Origin: Caulobacteraceae bacterium
GTDB lineage: Bacteria > Pseudomonadota > Alphaproteobacteria > Caulobacterales > Caulobacteraceae
Direction of reading: 5' to 3'
Assembly (NCBI GenBank): GCA_036501825.1
Contig: DASXZP010000009.1
Coordinates: forward strand, 6,923-70,922
DNA: 64,000 nucleotides
The notes under the pieces are model-generated. The model did not search any database. It had not been told where the DNA came from and saw only the letters and a program-made list of their open reading frames with translations. The translations under genes and the position numbers were made by a program. Positions 63,713 through 64,000 of this stretch are shown here, piece by piece; within the stretch, counting starts at the first letter, position 1, and the number at the start of each line of letters is the position of its first letter.

Positions 63713-63738
63713 CTGCACTACCATTGTGCTATACCCGC
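63665..63738 (-). tRNA. tRNA-Gly (anticodon UCC)
   Basis: The reverse complement reads GCGGGTATAGCACAATGGTAGTGCAGCAGCCTTCCAAGCTGAGGATGCCGGTTCGATCCCGACTACCCGCTCCA. The acceptor stem, T-loop (GGTTCGATCC) and anticodon loop (CT-TCC-AA) are all present. Confidence 0.9.
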
Positions 63739-63779
63739 GCCGCGCCCCAAGAGGGGCGTCCGATGTTCAAAAGCGCGCG

Positions 63780-63865
63780 TGGTGGAGGAAGTAGGACTCG
63801 AACCTACGAAGCATAAATGCAGCGGATTTACAGTCCGCCCCCTTTGCCACTCGGGACATTCCTCC
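63780..63865 (-). tRNA. tRNA-Tyr (anticodon GUA) with long variable arm
   Basis: The reverse complement reads GGAGGAATGTCCCGAGTGGCAAAGGGGGCGGACTGTAAATCCGCTGCATTTATGCTTCGTAGGTTCGAGTCCTACTTCCTCCACCA. The anticodon loop is CT-GTA-AA. Confidence 0.9.
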
Positions 63866-63968
63866 AGCGCGCATCGAGACCAATAAAACCGGCGGGCACG
63901 GTTTCAGCTTGCTCAGAGATGAGCTAGCCCGTGGCCCGACGGCCTCAGGGCCCGAAATCGGAGCGCGC

Positions 63969-63997
63969 CTTATAGTGTCATCCTTCCGTGAACGCAA
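63969..63997 (-). promoter_or_regulatory. Sigma-70-like promoter candidate for the tRNA-Tyr/tRNA-Gly unit
   Basis: The minus strand reads TTGCGT-17 nt-TATAAG, about 100 nt upstream of tRNA-Tyr. Confidence 0.3.
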
Positions 63998-64000
63998 CGA

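Noticed and set aside
1-64000. CRISPR arrays, IS elements or transposases, toxin-antitoxin pairs, and known defence-system genes (nucleases, helicases, STAND or SMC-like ATPases, reverse transcriptases).
   Set aside because: I found no regularly spaced repeats and no ORF with such motifs anywhere in the window. The only mobile-element signature is the tRNA-Gly partial duplication reported above.

Overview
This is a densely coding, high-GC chromosomal segment of alphaproteobacterial (Caulobacter-like) type. All calls come from reading the six-frame track and the DNA by eye. No searches were run, so family names rest on remembered motifs and start codons are judgement calls.

The window is mostly ordinary core or shell content:
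- Envelope and motility: an SLT-type lytic transglycosylase, Pal, and an orphan flagellin with a sigma-54 promoter.
- Signalling: a hybrid histidine kinase, a stand-alone Hpt protein, a Crp/Fnr regulator, two DUF2336 paralogs, and a LytTR response regulator with two tandem LytS-like kinases.
- Transport: two RND efflux pairs and four TonB-dependent receptors.
- Housekeeping: nadK, proC, metG, and tRNA-Thr, tRNA-Gly and tRNA-Tyr.

I found no CRISPR array, transposase, integrase or recognisable defence system.

The regions most worth a second look are:
1. The right end. The intact tRNA-Gly (63665..63738) is followed 2.7 kb downstream by a perfect 48-bp copy of its own 3' half (60897..60944). The interval between them has visibly lower GC and carries only an ECF sigma factor, a Cys/His-poor anti-sigma factor and a secreted PDZ protease with two retropepsin-like lobes. 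The sigma operon and the protease gene are both preceded by the same ECF-type motif, CGTAACTTTC-N12-CGTAA.
2. A co-directional block under FecI/FecR control. It holds two paralogous TonB receptors, an S9 DPP-IV-like peptidase, a periplasmic cyclophilin and a His-rich membrane protein. Nearby are a convergent S15 X-Pro dipeptidyl-peptidase and the remnant of an M19 dipeptidase, whose start codon is now fused in frame to the S15 ORF.
3. A four-gene operon with overlapping reading frames: small protein, MarR-like regulator, membrane protein and CPBP protease.
4. Several secreted low-complexity proteins rich in Gly/His, Tyr/Asp or Gly/Pro/Arg.

The long antisense ORFs in the track are treated as high-GC artefacts.
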